DNA from: Oculina patagonica
Lineage: Eukaryota
Assembly: GCF_052425735.1 (NCBI RefSeq)
Contig: NC_135763.1
Location: 36,022,001-36,086,000, forward strand
Length of the DNA stretch: 64,000 bases
Direction of reading: 5' to 3'
A program made the translations under genes and the position numbers. Positions 34,301-48,269 of this stretch are shown one piece after another (within the stretch, counting starts at the first letter, position 1; every line of letters begins with the position of its first letter). Below the pieces are notes generated by a model. That model searched no databases. It was given only the letters and a program-made list of their open reading frames with translations, and was not told the origin of the DNA.

Positions 34301-37300
34301 GGATGCATAATCATTTAAATGGCTCTTTTATCAAGAAAATAAAACTCAGGATGTGAATTTAGAAAGAAAACACGTTTCAAAGTTTTGTACATCATGTTAG
34401 TTGAAAGACCTTAGCTGATGGAGCAAGTGGCTGGCACAATCTGTACTAGACTTAATAAATAAGCAGTAGAATTAAATACGTTTTCAGCAGCGTGGGAAGA
34501 TTTTGATGTACATTATACTTGATATAATGGCGGTTGCAATTGGCAGGATTTCTAGAACAAATTTTGGATATAGCCAATAAATTAAGGTGGCTTACTGCAG
34601 TTTTGAGGGGGTAAATGAGTTAAACTTTTAACTCTCTTTTAAAATGTTCAGAAATGTTTTATCTTTCTCTTACTGCCGTTTTTTTACAGCGTACAACCAT
34701 CATATACGGCATTTGAACAATAAAAATGCTAATAAACAATCAATAAACAGCCAAAATGAACGACCGGGTGCTTAAGAGAGGACTGGGCACTAATAGTTTC
34801 AATGGCGTTTTTCTCAAAATCTACACGTATAACCCCACCTCAAAATTTCAGAAATTTACAAATTGGCTCTGATTAAACATTGATGCAAAATAAAATAAAA
34901 ATCTTTTAGCTCGATGGAGAATCGAGGACTACTATTCCCACTCCTTTCGCAACTGCTTACCATAAACGGCGCAGAGAGCTGGGGCGAGAATCGAGGACAA
35001 AGCAGGTTTCAGTGCTGTTTCTTGCCAGTCCGATCTCTTGAAAATATCTTCTAAAGTATCGAGCTCAAACTGCGCCCAGTCGGCGAATGACCAGCTAGGA
35101 AATCTTAAAAGAAAAGACAAAAGAAAAAAACATTAGTCACGGCTAGGAGCTTATCTAAAGCGTTTTCGCAGGGACCCACAAAGGACTTTTATTTGGGGAC
35201 CCTGTGCCTCTGCGAAAGAAAGAAAACCCACACGCAATTTTGAAACGATGCCACGTCGGGATATGTTGTCGTCTTTAGTTGCCGCGCTGTTGTTTTATCT
35301 TTCTCGAAAAAAAAAACATTTTGGTTTAGCACAACTTTTAATTAGTACAAGTTTTCAGCCAAAAAATCATGTTTGAGCCCATTGACGAATTTGGCCTTAA
35401 TCGATTCTTTTGGGCATTTAATCAATTTTTGGCACATTAAGTCAAAAAGTATTAAACGAGGAAGACGGAACAGGGGAAAAAAAAAATAATCGATATCAAT
35501 CAGTCCTTTTAAGTTAGATCATCTGAAAGCACATCTGAAAGCACATCTGAAAGCATATATGTTTGCCAAAGATAAGCGATTTAATAAATGTTGTCCAACT
35601 TAAAAAAAGGACAACGTTTTCTTGGACACGTTTTATCTAGAGGAAAACATTATTTAGTAAACATAGTCCTTCTCTGTCAACAGAGTGACTTGAGATCGCT
35701 TTTTTGTTTATTTTAATTTTTCCGCATATGGCAAAAGACCCCACGTTTCAGTCTGCCACTTTTACATAAAAGTGGGAAGTTTTAACCTCGTCGTTTGATC
35801 TGAGCCTACAAATTTTTCCCGTTTCTTTAAAAATAGATGTATGCATTGACCAAGCAAGAAAATCACATGAAAACGGGAAGTAAACAAAATCAAAGGCAGG
35901 CCGCCTTTTCCGTGTCGTAGAACCCGATGCTTGGTCTATGTCATTATTATTATTATTACAATGCGCGCGACCGTCACATGTTCAACTTCTATAATTACTA
36001 AATCCCACTATTGTCTGTTCAGATCCAACATTTGTCCAACGCATTGTGGATTTTAACAAAGGAAAAACTCAGTGAATTGTCCTAGTTCCTTTGAGCTGGC
36101 GTCACCGTGAGAGCGGTCTATTATAGTAAGACGGGACTACGACAGAACAGATCGGAAGAAGATCGAAATTAGTAATTCGATTCAGTTCGGTATTGTTTGA
36201 AGATACAAAAGCACTTTGTTTGGTTTCGTCACGAAACCGGGAAAAATACAACGCGCTGAGAGGCGCAATTGATCCAGAGAAATCGTTTAAAATATGCGAA
36301 GTAGTTGGTAAATATTACTTTGTGAGATCGGGGACAAAGGGTAACCCAGGATATACCTAATGAAAAACAAAGGTACTGAAATTATGGAGCTTAGCGCCTA
36401 TTAAACAGCGTTATGCGAAAAGCTAATCTAGCTCGTTTCATAAACATAAAAGTAGTCAGTCGATCTTCGATGACAAAGCACTGCACGATTAACGAAAATC
36501 AGCCATAAATCATCGTGTTATATTAATAGCTTTGATAAAGAGACAGTTAATACAAGTTTTTGTTGCACGTAGGCGCACGCGAATATCAACAATGTCAACT
36601 GCTTTGACGTCATAAGTGCGTCACGGAGCCAAATGAAAATAACACCGAGTTTTAATCGATGTGTTTTTCGTTCAGATCAGTTTGATTAATATAATTGTGC
36701 GAACTCTCAGTACAATTTAACGCTGAATAATTAATGTTTCCTTGCAAGCGAGCACGTTTTAACTCTGCCTCATAAATTTCTACTTGATACTTAATAAATT
36801 CTTTCCAGTTAACGCTCGATCGCGTAGGATGATTTTATTTCCACTAAAGCTTTGAAATTGTATTCTATTTTTAAACGGTCAATTGTGTGCATAGTATTCA
36901 TCGCCAGGTCAAAATATCGGGTCTGTTTGTCCCTTGAAAACTGCATAAAACGGCATCATTTCCGATGGGAAAAATTAAGTAAATTTTTAATGGATCAAAG
37001 ATTTGCGTAAAAAAAAAGAAAAAAAAAAATCTGACAAAATTTCTGTGGGCTAAAATGAAATTGGACTTTTAACATGTGCGCGGCGCGAACGTGCTGAATT
37101 TTAATTAAAACAGATTAGAAACATGCTGTTCGCAGGCAAAAACTTGTTACATTAACTATTCTAAGTTAAAAGGAAATATCGTTTTGTCCACGACCTCCGG
37201 TTTTTCTGTCTTGTGAATTTTCGCGTAATCAAAGCTTGCTTTTATGAACGTGCCACTGAGAATATTCACAACTCAATTAAATTTTAATAATCTCTTTACG

Positions 37301-37613
37301 CTATGTGGTTTAGCTCGATGGATTTTTTTGTGCTGTTGAAAATTTCGAGTGAAACGATTAAATTTATTGTTTACTTCAATGTAGTGAAATTTTTCGCCTT
37401 GATACATAGAATATAAAAAAATGACAACCTATAAAGAAATTCAATGATTCGCAGTCTCAATCAAATTTGCAATGTGAGACGAAAAAATATTGCAACCGTG
37501 GGTCAACGGGCATTTCAAAGGCTTTACGCCTAGAGCGAGCTTTCTTCTAAAAAATTCCAAAACAATTACATGCGCAAAATATCTTACCTGAATGGACTAA
37601 AACGAAGAACCAT
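31327..37613 (-). CDS. Uncharacterised 267-aa protein with SP-rich middle and C-terminal coiled coil, 6 exons
   Basis: Exons 37613-37588, 35103-34961, 34286-34213, 33211-33068, 32205-32011, 31548-31327 (804 nt, GT-AG, phases consistent, in-frame stop upstream of the ATG). MVLRFSPFRFPSWSFADWAQFELDTLEDIFKRSDW...QFGREVASKLAERRAEYAKRRMNQLQEESEIIERNIEDAVKSKVKQLQM...GNCSFF*. Confidence 0.75.
31602..31895 (+). mobile_element. tRNA-derived SINE (intronic, antisense to host gene)
   Basis: tRNA head, TGTGTTCTTGGACAGGACAC core, tail GCAGACTTAACCTTTACC. Imperfect TSD AAATTCGCCCA/AAATTCGTCCA. Confidence 0.85.
32551..33033. mobile_element. Tc1/mariner (Tc2-like) MITE
   Basis: Perfect 24-bp TIR CCGTAAATGATCTAATAAACGCCC. 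TA TSD. Confidence 0.9.
33279..33493. mobile_element. hAT-like MITE with 6-bp TSD
   Basis: Ends TAGGGCT.../...AACCCTG. TSD GAGTGG. Confidence 0.65.
33929..34203. mobile_element. MITE
   Basis: TIR GCGGTTTTCACTTTGAGTG / GACACAATTGAAAACTGC. Internal GATTGG/CCAATC repeats. Confidence 0.6.
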
Positions 37614-40600
37614 CTTTCTCAGTTTGCAAATAACCACGAGGGTCTTCCGAATTTAGGATTTTAGGAAGTTGTGCTGCGACCTTTTACCTGAGGAGTCAGC
37701 TTTTATTTGAATTGGTCTTTTTTTGCAGCTCAATTTAAGCCCATAAAATGCAAAACACTTTGATGGACGCGTGACGTCATCCGTGACAAATTTAGCGCAC
37801 AATCTTTTGGCATTGTCACACTTTGTGATGGATTGAGTGTTCTGTTGTTTTTCCAAAAGTGTCAAACATTGTAAACGTCTGGGACATCTGGTATTTGCAT
37901 GATGCTAGCTTTATTCTTTCGTGGAAAATTCTACCAATTTTTCTTTCAATTTCGAGTGTCATTTGGTAAGGAAGGAATCTCAGCTAGTTCTTTTTAGTTA
38001 TATCTGAGCCGGAAACTTAGCGAACATAGTATATGACAGCAAATTAGACAGACGCGCGTTCATATCTGATTCTACGAATAAGTTTCTATTTTAAAGGGTA
38101 TTTTATTTCTTGGGAGTTTAGTATTCGTCTGCAATTTGAGAAGAGGAAAATAAACCATGCAGTCGATGGTTTTAATGCTTCGATCTTTTTTCATACTAAA
38201 ATGGGTTTATTTCATTGGAAAATGGGGATTTTTTTAGATGGAATTTATCAGTATTTTTTATCAGTACGAATGTGTACGTGTTTCAGCTGAAAACACATAG
38301 ATTTTAAGACAAGCCGCCTCGGAAAAGAGTTCCGCTTAAAACAAACCTAATTTATTCATTTAATCATCGAAGCCACGTGCGTAATTATGGATTCAGGCTT
38401 TCATATTTCCTTAAATGTGAACAAAAAAATCGTTCTGCTACGCAGTCATGTTTTTCATCAAGAGCAATTTAAGAAAACGCGCCTCTGCGGCGTCTTAGAA
38501 CATACAATTGATATTTTTTTTGTCACGAACAAACAATTTCGAAGAAATTTTAGCGGGAGGTTGCCGTAGTTTCTCTGGTATAATGCGCACTTTCGAATTT
38601 TGATCTTTCAATAGCTTCAAGTTTGAGTTCGCTCAGAAGCATTTAGAATGGTGTTGAAACCTGAAACCTTATTTGCCTTGCAACTTTATGTATTTTCCCC
38701 TCTAATAAGACGAAATGATCTTTTTAAGGATCTTGACATATTGAAGTCTATTGTATTTCAGTTGCTCAATGTAAATTTTCGTGACCCCTCCCAACAGGCG
38801 AAATTAAAGTCACGGGTGAAAAACTGAAAATATTTACTACAAATGTGGCGATCCAAAATGGTACCATTTTTTTCAGGTCTTTTACGTTTACTTATTTAAA
38901 TATTCCGAAATAAAATCTTATAAATATTTATTGACATACTACTTCCCAAGGCTATCGTAAATAATATATTCAAGATGGCCGAATTACGTACAGCGCTTGC
39001 TATCTTATTTATATGAAACTTCTTGGGGAAACTATATAGCTCTCTTATCTTGCGTAATCTTCCCTTTGTTTTGTTAGTGCAACTTCCTAAAGACCAGCTT
39101 TCTAAAACTTCCCTAGCCAGAAAATTCAAGAACACATTGTAATATTTTTAAACATTTTTACGTACGGTAAAAGTAAAAATAGATAAATTGAGGCCTAATA
39201 AACAGATGTCAGAATTGCCTTTTCTGATGCGAAAAAACAGGGCTATCATTAGCAACTTACAAATTTAAGGCCATTGCCTCAGGAAGACAAAGGAAGAAAA
39301 ACTGTATTAATGGAAAAAAACTAACAACACATCTTTATGTCACAGAATTTTCTATTTTAGAATTTTCTTTTTAGTTTTTACTGGTGTGGCAAAATTAACC
39401 ACTAAACCGTTACTAATACAAGAACTTCCTTTGTGGTATCGTCTGATCATGCAATACTTGAAAAATATGTTCAGTTATTCACCAGCATGGCTGCATTTGA
39501 TAATCTTTTCGGAAAGAAATTCATCTAAAACTAAAAATACCACCTCAAAACTGTGTTAATTTGGACCAAAACTCAAATAACTTGAATGTGGATTTGTGTT
39601 GATTTACACGCGGACAAATTCAGTCTATTTAAATACCATAAGCTAAATAAATTTGAACACCTGCGTGGGATAAAAGCTAAACGTAAAGTGCAAATGTACC
39701 CCTAGGAAATTATAACAAGCAAAAATAAGGCGTTTCTCTAATGTTACACGAGTACCACGTTACCACAATGTTAAGCATGTTAAATTACTCTTAAAAGTGT
39801 CTTTTTATAACTATTAATATTTATCATTTGGACGTTTTTTAACGATAAATTCTTTACTTCTAAATTATAAATATCTGTTTTCGATGGAATTTGTCTCTAC
39901 TTCCTTCCAAGTAACCGCACAAATTTGGTATTTTTTCTTACACTGATTCTCTTATAAAATTGTTCACATAGCTTTTGTTCTTTTTCCTTATATTATAGTA
40001 CTGGCCCTGAAGAAGACTAGCTCTGTTTTTTTAAATTTTGGCCAAAAAATTTTCCCCCCCCCCCCGTTTCCCCCCCCTTCCAATTTTTTTGGTTTAAAAT
40101 AATTTTGTTTACGCTTTTTGAAGTCAAATGGTGAAACTGCTGTCTGACCTTTACGAGTTTGTTTCTCTCCAAAACAAAAAATGGCTTCTGAGAAGAGGAG
40201 GCAAAGACTGAACAGAATAATAATTAAAAACATATAAGAAAAATAATCTCACCCAAAGTTTGTACTACCCATGGCGTGGTAAGGTTGCGAGAGCTTGGTT
40301 GTAGAAACCCTAATCAGTGTTTGGTCAAGGCAAGCCGGAGCCTCCGATCCTATTGTTCAGCTGCAGAAAGTGAAAGGCTCTGGAATTATTTATATCTAAA
40401 CAATTAATATTCAACTGCTGCTCCTAGACGCCCTGGGAACGAGATTGTTTCAAACAATCCCGTTTTTTCTGCCAATGTAGTTAAGGCTGAAACTGTATTT
40501 TGGTTAACAAGTTTCCGTGGGTATGTAATCCATTCCAAGTTAGATTTCTTACTCTATATGTCATATATGATTCGTAAATACAAAAACTGCCGACATGTAA

Positions 40601-43600
40601 AAACTTTCTAAACGAAATTTCGAATTCGTAGTGGGAAGCTTCCAAATTACTGACTTCTTGCCCTCTAACTTTGTTCTTGTTGCATTTCTACAGTAAATCT
40701 GACTTCTAAATTGAGCTTTTTAACTATTTGAAAATGATCTGAAGCCTTATCTGTAAGCAGAAGTGGAAGCCCTTACACCGCAAAGAGCGACCAATCATGA
40801 CGGATACATTGCAATGCTACGTCATCAGTGTGGAATTTTTTAGGTCTAATTTCGCACCACGAAGCTCCTCGAAAGATTTAACAGGATTGGCTAAGAAAAC
40901 AATAGACAAACAACAGAACAGTGACCCAAGCCCTGAAAACAATAGAGCTTCGTGCCACAGGGAGCGAAAGAAATTATAGGCTCCGAAGAGCTTCTTGCCA
41001 ACAGCTACTTTCAGACGACCCTGGAGCTAGGGAAGAATTGGGCGCGCAGGTAGACAGTGTTTACTCACACTTGACACCTCTACAGGCTCAATATATTTAA
41101 AGGCGAGAGACGAATCTGGCGCAAAGAATGTACTTCTACGCACGTAGACCACAAAGAGGCTTGATTCCTCCGATGCGATCTTAATAAACCGATATTTATA
41201 CTGACGGCGAGTCAAAGAGTCGCCTTCTACCGAACAACGAAAACCTCTAGGTGAAAACATTCCGCCATTTCTTCGACTCCCAGGCCATAAAAAGTGTAAA
41301 TACCCCTCAATATCAATTAGCCGGAAGACATAAATCTCATATACGGAAAGCCAAGTCGTTTTAGACATAACAATAACCAACTTTGCAACTTCCGTGAAGG
41401 AATAAGAAACTGTTGCAAGGAAATAATTTGATCAATTAATTCCAAAATCTATCATAAGGCGTCACTGTTGGTTATCACAGGAAGAAATAAATTGTCATCA
41501 TTTCTAAAATCCTGATTTGGTGCTTGCTAGCTTTAGTTTATTTATTCAGTTCAGTGACTGGGAAAATATTCTTAGAGTATTACGGAAGAATTGAAGGTCC
41601 AGAGGAAATGAATAGCTAAAAAAACAGCTTTGATATAGGTCTGGACTGAAGAACGATAAAAGCGAAATAAATCTTGTTAACGCGGAAATTTGAACTGACC
41701 AGGTCGTATAAATGGGTTCAGTTTTCGTTTATTTTCGGCGATGTTGACACTCATAATATAAATTCATTTTCAAAATTTGTTTTGGTAGGCGTTCTGCGGA
41801 TGGCTTGTCATTTTTTTCTATGAGAACGATCTACAAAAGCAAACGTCGAGTGATTACAAATATAATCTAAAAATAGAACCTAAACATGGAGATAGATTTT
41901 CTTACCCAACACAGGGAAATAATTGTCCGTGTCTTGCACACAACGCACTCCGAGGGCTATAATCCATTTCTCAGGCCCGTTACAAAAATATGTTCAGTTA
42001 TTTCTTAGTTCCTCCACCCGGAAGACAAAAAATATTTTTTGCTTTTGATTTAAAGATCAGAAGGCTTGTCATCACGCGACGTTCTGGGTTATCTGCCGGG
42101 CAACTCTCAAATCAATCTCATTTATTCTTGACTTTCTGGTAAATAATCCATATTTATAAGGGTCTGCAAAGTCTTGACAATTTACATATCAAGACAAGCT
42201 TGATGTAACAATACACAGTAGTCTTCAAAACACCGAAAATGTGGCTCCTTGATCATAGATCATGCGATGATAAGTATTTATGGACAATTAAGCTAAATTT
42301 ATAAGGCTAAAATGATTTATGTGGGCTGTTACTAATTGCGAATATTTTTTCGTGGGTCACGCAAAACCAGCCTCTTGGAGTGAATTTGAATTTTAATCCG
42401 AAAACAATGTCTGCATTTGAAAGTTTTAATAACAAGCTAAACAATAAGCACACTGCTGAGACAGGTTTGGACATGATAAAATCAAGAAACCAAGCTGGGT
42501 TTTAAATAGCCATTTCTGTTTTCAAATGAATATGTTAATATTTATATTCAACCATACAATCAATTTTTTCTTTTGCATTTTCTTGCGATTGAAACTCTTT
42601 GCCCAAAGCACAATTTTTTGGCTGGCGAGATTACTATAATATTATCACTTGAAAGCTAAACTTTTTTTATGACATTTAGTTTACTAAAAATTAAATTTCT
42701 TGAGCAGATATAGTCAAATATTTAAGCCTTTCTTGACAATTTGTACAGCGTTGTTAATCAAATAAAGGAATCAGACCAAGCAGGCCCAATTCATAACAGT
42801 TATAGTTCAATAAAATAACATATTTTTACTCCTCGCTCTTGGGATAAAAAGTCGAGATTGTTAAACATCTTGCTCAGGAAGCATAAATCTAATACCGGAA
42901 CAAATGTGAAGCTAAACGTTGTTTCCAATTTTCAAGTCGATTATTATCACAAGACTACCGCAAGCTTTCCATTAGGAATAGCGAGCGTTGCACCATATTT
43001 ACATAGCAATATCAATTTTATGTATCAGGCCAGACGTAATGAAAATACCGAGATAAAATGATAAAAATGTAATATAAACAAACTTGTGCATGCAAAAACA
43101 TTAGGTTAAAGCGAAAGGACAATCACTAACCCCCGCCAAAATAAAATTGAATAAAAAGAACTCGCGACCCTCGCAACCGTTGGTACAAATTAAATCCATT
43201 TTTCTGTTGAAAGCGGGCGATTGGTTGGAATCAAATATAATTTTACTTGAGATAATTTTTATAAGTTTTATCGTTACTTTTAGCTTTCTTTTAAATGTAG
43301 CGTACTTTATTACAATAAAAAACAAAACCCTGCCATGCAAAACATGTAAAGTCTTAATGAAAATACATACGGTTGCATACAGAGTAGGCCTCTTTTTAAT
43401 ATTAAACAGCTCCACCTGCAAAGGCATATGAAAAAGAAGCAAGAGAAAATAAGGGGAGACAACCCATGCAGCCCAAGAGGAGACAAAAGGAGTGTTGACT
43501 TTCGGAGAATTCTTTTTACATTTGTTGTATTATGTACCGTTAGGTTTACTAAATCTACTTACTTTACAAATGTATTCTCCCAGTTAAAGCCCTTGCTGTG

Positions 43601-45560
43601 GTGACCAGGGCACTAGCTGTTATATTTTCGTGCTGTGTCAAACTGAAAAATCATAAGATATCCCTCATTGTTTTTAGAGGCGTCACATCGATTACTTTGG
43701 AGTGATTTTGCTATGCATAAAATCTCTTCGAATCCACAAAGACTCAAAATAACAGTTTTTTAAGGCAAAATTATTACCAAAGAGATAACAGATAGTCATA
43801 AATAATCAAGGATGGACAAGATTTGGAGAGACTTTAATACAACGCGGATTATAAAAATCGCAATTTAATTCCTTGCCTGAGTGGAAAATAAAGTTGTATT
43901 TACGTGTTTCCTTTTTTTTTTTTTTTAAAAAAAAAAAGCAAGTCTTACACGATCAAACTTTGTTTAATCTCACTCCTAAGGTAAAATATTCATTTTATAT
44001 CTTTCTTCTCAAGTTATATTTACAACTCATATACAGTATCTGATGAATGAAAGAGCTTCTTCTGGTAAATAACCATTGACGCTGCCCTTTGCGTAGGAAT
44101 CTACAAATGGCATCGATTCCAGCGTGCTTTGGTCTCGCACTTGAGCCGCGACCAGAACGTCGCGTGTCATTGACAAATAAATCTGCTTGATTAATTTTAA
44201 TAACTCGAAATAAATTTTCGTTATCAGCCTTCTTTCACCCTAACCACAACTTGAGGTTACCGTCAATTATTAAAAAACTCATTTGCTGCATTTATACAAA
44301 TAGATATTTTGAGTCCCCCAAACAGCGAATATACAATTTTTTTTTGGGGGGGGGGCCCTAAGCATCCCCCCACGTTTTGAAGCCGAAAATATCGCGAGCG
44401 AAGCGTAAAATTGGTTTGTCAAGATATTCCGTCTCGTGATCTTCTCACAAATCGTTTTAACAGGTTAGCATTTGGTGAAGTCATATGTTGTAGGACCTTC
44501 AACAAACCTCCTCTCTTCAGAACGCCACTAATAGAGGTCCAAAAGCTGTTTAGATCGTTTTTGACGTTATCTTTGACATTGGCGACTTCAGAGTCTACAT
44601 TTTTTGCCCTCCGACGACAAAAAAGCTACCCAAGAAAGGCACTATGAAGTAGGATTGTCTGAACTGTCATTAAAACAATTTAAGACTAAAACTCGTTAAA
44701 TTAAATAGACTTCTTTCACTGAGAACAATCATGATGAAACCGATGAAGTCATGTCTGCCTGTTGACGAGTTTTTTAATGCTGAACGATCGAAAGTTCAAA
44801 CATCTTTGAAACATCTCAAAGTCTTCGGGAAACCTCGTTTATCTTCGAAAACATTCGAAAAATGATCGGAAACGTTAGTATGGCCTTCACACAACAATCG
44901 GAGAATCTTCGGAAATCTTCGGTCTAGAAACTGCTCAATACATAAAAAGTTGCTAGAACGGATTCTTGGGGACAAGATACTTTTTAAAAAGTCTAATTAA
45001 AAAGACCAAGAAAGTTGATTTCCGTCTTTTTTCTTTTTTTTCTTTCTCCTAAATGAATACATCTGAACAAATTGAGTTTTGTTCTAGGCCGATAATTAGA
45101 TACCGCGAAGGTCTTCTTATTCCGTACGCAGCGAGTGGCGCGAAGCGCAAACAGTGACGTATAGGAAACTATAATTGGCTCTCTACTACTCAATAAAAAG
45201 GACGGAGAAAAAAGTTCTTGAAATCTAAAGGCTTGCTTTTTCAACATTCGGCAGAGAAATTGGGACCCACAGTGTTTCAAGCTAATTTGATGACTTTGTA
45301 CCATACCACGAAGGTTAAGAAATGAAATTCTAGCACCAAATTGGAAGGGTAAAGATGTCAAAACGCTTGTAGAAAAGAAATAAAAAGTTTTAGCCAATGC
45401 CCACTTTACTGATTTGACAGCATGTTTAATAGGACACAGCAGATGGCTATTTAGTAATTGCTACATGGCAGCAAATAAATGCGGTACATATAATAGCTGT
45501 GCTTTCAAGTAACACGCCAGATGGACAATAATTGTTCGTCGTAAACTGAAAACTTCCAGA

Positions 45561-45926
45561 ATGTCCGCAATAAACTTAACCGCGAATGGAACTCAACCAC
45601 CAAGCTGCCTAAAGTCGCCGTATTTTTGGGCGACTTAAGGCGATTTTAGGCGTTTTTTTTTTTTTTTTTTAAAATTTTCGGCTTTTTGGCGTTTTAGGCG
45701 TTTGGGAATTTTGGGTCCCGAGGCCTTGGGGGCGACTTAAGGCGACTTTAGTCGATTTTAGCTTATTTTGTCCAAAAAAACGGGCGATTTTGGGCGTTGG
45801 GGACTTTGGCGACTTTCGGCGATTTTGGGTCCAAGAGTAGGCCTAAGCTGCGCTAATCCCGTCGCAGCAGAAAAAGTCAGTAAAACCTTTGCTTACTGCC
45901 TGATTCTTGTTGTTTCGCTGGCCTAA
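45561..45926 (+). pseudogene. GPCR 5' fragment interrupted by a ~236-bp insertion
   Basis: MSAINLTANGTQPPSC-[insert 45609-45844, TSD AAGCTGC]-ANPVAAEKVSKTFAYCLILVVSLA* is paralogous to the neighbouring GPCR N-termini. Confidence 0.8.
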
Positions 45927-46229
45927 TAAAATCAACCTTTTGTTTTCCCCAACATTTTTGCTTCTTATTTAAAACGGGATAGAATTTTTGTCCCGTGGAA
46001 CCAGATTGCAAGAGTAAAATTTCAAAAAGTTCATAGTAGGAATAAAATTATATAAATTCCTTGCCAATGTCCACTTTGCTCATTTAGCAGCATGTTTGGA
46101 AGGGTGGTAAGAAATAATTATACTACCTCATAGCGACAAAAGATAAGTGCAGCGCATATAAAGTGGTGCTTTCAAGTAAACAAGCCAGATGGATATTAAC
46201 TTTTGGTTGTAAAACTGAGAACTCCCAGA

Positions 46230-47216
46230 ATGTCTGCAAACTTAAACGCAACGGCGAATGGAACTCAACCACCAAGCGGCACTACGCCGGATACCAATGC
46301 AACAGAAAATGTCGGTAAAGCCTTTGCTTACTGCCTGATTCTTGTTGTTTCGCTAGCCGGGAATACCTCGATCGTAATAATTGTCTACAAGACGAAAACC
46401 ATGCGAAGAACAATCAACTACTTCATCGTAAACATGGCAATGTCCGATCTTCTGTTTCCAATCTTAGTATTTCCGTCGGTCCTCACAGACCTGCATGACG
46501 GCTTCGGGTTTTTCGGCTATCAACTCGGTCAGGCCTTTTGTAGTGCGATGAAGTTGCTACAATACGTCTCCGCTTTTGTCTCCGTCGAGGGTCTGGTGTT
46601 GATCGCTGTGGATCGTTTTGGAGCTGTAGTATTTCCCCTTCGCCCTCCGCTTATAAGTCCAAAACTATGCCCCTTGTTCAGTCTCGGTACTTGGGTTGTT
46701 GCAATTGCTTTGTCATTCCCCGCTTTTTATGCCTAAAAACCAGTAGAAAACACAGGGAAAGTAAACTGCTTCTGGTTTTGGAAAGAATCTTTTCTCAGAG
46801 ACACTTACTCTTTTGCTATACCTTTTGCTTTCGCTTTTATCTCTTTCATCATGATGGTTATATTTTACTCTATTGTCATTTTCAAGCTCAAGTCACAAAA
46901 GATTCCGGGCGAGCAATCGAACAACGCCGAGGAGCAACGCGTGAGAAGGCACAGAAAAGTAGTAAAGATGGGGGTTGCTATCCTGACAGGGTTTGCCTTA
47001 TGCTGGGGGCCTATGAATGTTTTCACTGTCCTGAATGTCTTAGTATGGGATAACAGCACTAGATTGTCTTGTGGCATCTCAACCTACTGGTATGTAGCCT
47101 TGTTTATAGCTCACACAAACTGTGCTTTAAACCCTTGCATCTGTTTCACATTCAGTGGAAATTATCGTCAAGGCCTGAAAGGTCTCCTTGGATGCCATGG
47201 AACATTGCAGAGATAA
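46230..47216 (+). pseudogene. Intronless rhodopsin-family GPCR with a single in-frame premature stop
   Basis: GN (TM1), NYFIVNMAMSDLL (TM2), DRF (TM3), CWGP (TM6), NPCIC (TM7). TAA at 46734-46736 after TM4; the reading frame continues to 47216. Confidence 0.8.
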
Positions 47217-48269
47217 TTTCTCAGTTCTGCAGCGCCAATGCAAACTGACCACTTTCAGAAATCCTGGGATAACTGCACTAAATGATCTTTGCCTTGGCAT
47301 AACCAACAGCGAAACATCAATTAGTGTAAAAATCATCTTTGCACGAAGTGGAAACGAACAATTTGTTACCTTTTGATGAACAATCCCATTGGCAGGAATA
47401 ACATTTTAAGGGAACAGTGTGAAAGTCGGAGCGATTTGTCAATAACTGGACATCTTCGCTTGTCAATTATTGATGAAGCAATTCTTGGCAAGGCGGAGTG
47501 AACTGATAATGATTCTGAAAACTGCATGTAAATAACATTTTTTTCTACACACTTTTTTAAAAATCATTATGATAACGCACGCGGAGCAATATCAGGAATT
47601 AGCCGGAAGATGTCGGACGAAACAAAAAAGGTCTTGCGAGACAGAAGTAGTCAAAGATATTCCAAAAGATCCAAAACGTTAGTTTGAAACATGTCAATTG
47701 TGAAGACCCCATGACCACAAATTGTTTTTATGAAGAGCTAGAAAAATGGGCGTCAGAAATTGTAAATATTTCGCTGTGAAATAAATATTTTTTAGCCTAA
47801 ACAGATTGCACAGATATTCTGCTTTCAATACGACACAAAACTAATACAGCATTTCCTCACCCGCCGAAATAGAAAGGTTTTATTAACTACTTTTTTAACT
47901 GCTTCTAAACAACACAGCCATATGGAATAGTAGGTAACGGTTATTTTTTTTTTCTAAATGAAACACCGTTGGCAATCAATTTAAGTCTTACTACTTCTTA
48001 CTTCTCAATAAAAGCTAGATGGATTTATGTTACGTAGAACCTAATGGCAAATGGCAAGTGAAATAATGTAAAGAACTTCGTGGTAGTAAAATAAATTACG
48101 TTTTAGCCACTGTCTACTTCGCTCATTTGGCAGCATGTTTGAAAGGACACAGCAGATGGCTAGTAATTGTTATACCGGATAATAGCGACAATAGATAAGT
48201 GCAGCGCGTATGAAGTGGTGCTTCCAAGTAAACAAGGCAGATGGACAATTATTCTTAGTTAATGATCCC

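Noticed and set aside
35521-35556. Triple ATCTGAAAGCAC repeat
   Set aside because: A simple 12-bp tandem duplication in an intron with no evidence of function.
40030-40110. Homopolymer-rich stretch (similar ones at ~44340, 45650-45800 and 54395-54430)
   Set aside because: Looks like low-quality long-read or gap-edge sequence rather than biology.
41027-41380. 117-aa minus-strand ORF in a GC-richer patch
   Set aside because: No recognisable domain or splice pattern; it may be a repeat 5' UTR and cannot be supported.
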